Shown in pieces: positions 61,669 to 64,000 of a stretch of DNA of 64,000 bases (its first letter is position 1; each line of letters starts with the position of its first letter). The position numbers were made by a program, and so were the translations under genes. Source of the DNA: an uncultured virus (IMG/VR IMGVR_UViG_3300031998_000049) (Duplodnaviria; Heunggongvirae; Uroviricota; Caudoviricetes); the IMG/VR virus record IMGVR_UViG_3300031998_000049. One strand, written 5' to 3'. A model generated the notes under the pieces. It did not search any database. It had not been told where the DNA came from and saw nothing but the letters and a program-made list of their open reading frames with translations.

Positions 61669-63716
61669 TTGACGAAAAAACGATCCGATGTTGGTGGTCG
61701 CTGTTCAAGGCTGACAACCCGCTGACGGAAATACGAATCTTGGGGAATGGGAAGACATTCTCCGGATACTACACCGATGTTGAGGCGGTCCTTCGTGACA
61801 TCCGCAGTTTCGACGGCTATGGAATCTATGCGACCATCAACGCGATCAAGGAATCCTGCTATGGACGGATGCAGCACGATTGCATCATCCAGAAGCCGAA
61901 AGAGACCACTTCGGACAACGACATCGACTACCGCACCACGCTCCTGATCGACATCGACCCCAAGCGCACGAGCGGCACGAATGCGAGCGACAGCGAGAAG
62001 GAGGCGGCGCACAAGAAAGCGCTGGAGATTTACAAGTTCCTTGACGAGCAGGGATTCGAGAAGCCGGTGGTTGCCGACTCCGCAAACGGATACCATCTGC
62101 TCTACAAGGTCTTCCTCGCCAACTCGCCGGAGGTGAACGAGACGGTCAAGAAGTTCCTCCAGGCGCTCGATATGCTCTTCTCGGACAACGAGGACGGCGG
62201 CGCGATGGTGGATACATCGGTCTTCAATGCCGCCCGAATCGCCAAACTGATCGGTACGACCTCAAGCAAGGGCGCCAACACACATGACAGGCCACAGCGG
62301 ATTTCCAAGATACTCAAGATTCCAAGCGAGTACAAGGAAACGAACATCGCCTACATCCAGAAGGTCGCCGCGATGCTCCCGGAACCGGAGAGGCCCAGCC
62401 AGTACAACAACTACAACACCGAGCGCTTCGACCTCGACGCTTTCATCCAGGAACACAACATCGAGGTGGTCAAGGTCGTCCGGTTCTCCGGAGGAACGAA
62501 ATACATCCTCAAGGAGTGTCCGTTCAACAACAACCACAAGGCGCCGGATGCGGCCATCTTCGCGCTTGACAATGGGGCGTTCGCGTTCAAGTGCCTCCAC
62601 GCTTCCTGCCAACAATACCATTGGCGCGATTTTAGGCTGTTTTATGACCCTCAAGCATACGACCGGAGGGAATACGAGGCATTCGACCGGAAGCGCAAAT
62701 ATAACGCCCAAATTCGCCAAGAAGACCTAAAGCCGGTGCCGGAGGACGATCGCGGTCACAAGTGGAAGACCGCATCGGAGTTCAAGTTCTTCGACCTCAA
62801 GGATGCCCAGGCTATCCCGTTCGGAATCCCGGCCATAGACCGGAAGACGATGGGGCAGATTCTCGGAGAGGTGACAGTCCTCTCCGGCGGATCGGGTAGC
62901 GGAAAGACGACATTTGTCAACCACCTCATCCTTACCGCAGTCCAAAGGAACTACCATGCGGCGCTCTGGTCGGGAGAAATGGCCGGAGGACGAATAGTTG
63001 CTTGGCTCGACCAGATGGCCGCAGGGAAGAACAATGTAGAGAGCGTCCCAGGGACGGATGGTCTTTACTCGGTTCCGAAGAGAATCCGCGACAAGATCAA
63101 CGATTGGCTCGGTGATAGGTTCCACATCTACGAGAACTCCTACGGAAACCGATGGAGCCAGCTCTGCGCAGACATTGAAGACTGCATCAAGCAGCACAAT
63201 GTGAACCTCATCGTCCTTGACAACAAGATGAGCCTTTCGCTCGACAACATCGTAGGCGACGCGAACGAGAAAGACCGAGAGTTCATCCTTGAACTGACGG
63301 ACATCGCAAAGCGGACGAACACACATATCGTCCTCGTCGCGCATCCGAGAAAGGAAAACCTCACGCAGCTCATCCGCAAGGAGAGTATCGCCGGGTCGAG
63401 CGACATCACGAACCTCGCGTTCAATGTCGTCCTCCTCCATCGCGTTGGCCGTGACTTCGAGAAGCGTGGCCGCGAGTTCTTCGGCCCTATCGCCGTCCAG
63501 GAACTCATGGACTACTCGCTCGTGGTTGAGGTCGTCAAGGCGAGGACATCAGGCGTCCAGGACTTGCTCGTCGGTCTCTACTACGAGCAAGAAACCAGGC
63601 GGCTCAAGAACGAGCAAGCCGAGAACATCGTCTACGGTTGGGACGAGCAACCCGTACAGGCAGAGTTTGAGGATATGCCGGATTTCACGAATGTTCCGTA
63701 CTACGAAAATTTCTGA
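61665..63716 (+). CDS. primase-helicase (AEP-like primase + zinc finger + SF4 helicase)
   Basis: LIDID, SANGYHL, CPF..H, CLHASC, SGGSGSGKT, IVLDN, LVAHPRK, IAGS. Confidence 0.88.
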   Translation: MIDEKTIRCWWSLFKADNPLTEIRILGNGKTFSGYYTDVEAVLRDIRSFDGYGIYATINAIKESCYGRMQHDCIIQKPKETTSDNDIDYRTTLLIDIDPKRTSGTNASDSEKEAAHKKALEIYKFLDEQGFEKPVVADSANGYHLLYKVFLANSPEVNETVKKFLQALDMLFSDNEDGGAMVDTSVFNAARIAKLIGTTSSKGANTHDRPQRISKILKIPSEYKETNIAYIQKVAAMLPEPERPSQYNNYNTERFDLDAFIQEHNIEVVKVVRFSGGTKYILKECPFNNNHKAPDAAIFALDNGAFAFKCLHASCQQYHWRDFRLFYDPQAYDRREYEAFDRKRKYNAQIRQEDLKPVPEDDRGHKWKTASEFKFFDLKDAQAIPFGIPAIDRKTMGQILGEVTVLSGGSGSGKTTFVNHLILTAVQRNYHAALWSGEMAGGRIVAWLDQMAAGKNNVESVPGTDGLYSVPKRIRDKINDWLGDRFHIYENSYGNRWSQLCADIEDCIKQHNVNLIVLDNKMSLSLDNIVGDANEKDREFILELTDIAKRTNTHIVLVAHPRKENLTQLIRKESIAGSSDITNLAFNVVLLHRVGRDFEKRGREFFGPIAVQELMDYSLVVEVVKARTSGVQDLLVGLYYEQETRRLKNEQAENIVYGWDEQPVQAEFEDMPDFTNVPYYENF

Positions 63717-64000
63717 TGCCTATGGACTGCAAGGTTTATGCTTACTACCGGACGGATCACAGCGTGGTGCTTGAGCCGGGTGAGCGGATCGTCCAAGACA
63801 AGTGGCCTGGGCGACTCGCCGAGATCATTTCCAACGGCGACGATGTATGGCAACTCCATCTCGACAACCCCGCTGATTTCAACACCATCCGTCGATGTTT
63901 CTATGACAAGAGATACTGGGCTGGGAGGAGCTGGAACGAAGAATACAACGAAACACAAAGAGATAACACCATGAGAAAACTTGACACCATCACCACCTGC

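Larger units (their letters stand above)
1..64000. mobile_element. Temperate siphovirus-like phage genome (Bacteroidota host), partial
   Basis: Terminase, portal, capsid, tape measure, tail, holin, integrase/attP, repressors and replication genes; no host housekeeping genes; Bacteroidota-type TAnnTTTG promoters. Confidence 0.95.

Overview
The whole window reads as most of one temperate, long-tailed (siphovirus-like) dsDNA phage of a Bacteroidota host. The host call rests on TAnnTTTG promoters and the gene content. An intact attP-like site suggests the excised/virion form. Order: small accessory genes and a GT2 glycosyltransferase (1-5.3 kb); SF3/D5-type helicase, an AT-rich repeat region, a putative TerS and an XRE repressor (5.4-8.8 kb); an early/anti-defence array of small genes with repeated intergenic hairpins, an ArdA fusion and two tyrosine recombinases around a tRNA-derived attP (9-18.6 kb); lysis, tail and head genes on the minus strand (18.8-39.4 kb); intein-containing TerL, portal, minor head protein and RusA (39.5-44.9 kb); a Cys-rich cluster of unknown function, an HNH and two repressors (45-50 kb); then DNA metabolism and replication (50.5-64 kb). 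Most striking: a C5 cytosine methyltransferase split into N- and C-terminal halves. Between them lie about 16 small target-recognition-like modules, each in the +1 frame of the previous one, mostly joined at NATGA junctions, several carrying poly-G tracts. Also notable: a ~300-nt structured RNA with a tRNA-like core, an aberrant tRNA-Cys-like element, a class 3 intein starting with Val, and a recurring 26-bp operator-like motif. All calls come from reading the sequence by eye; no database searches or folding programs were run.
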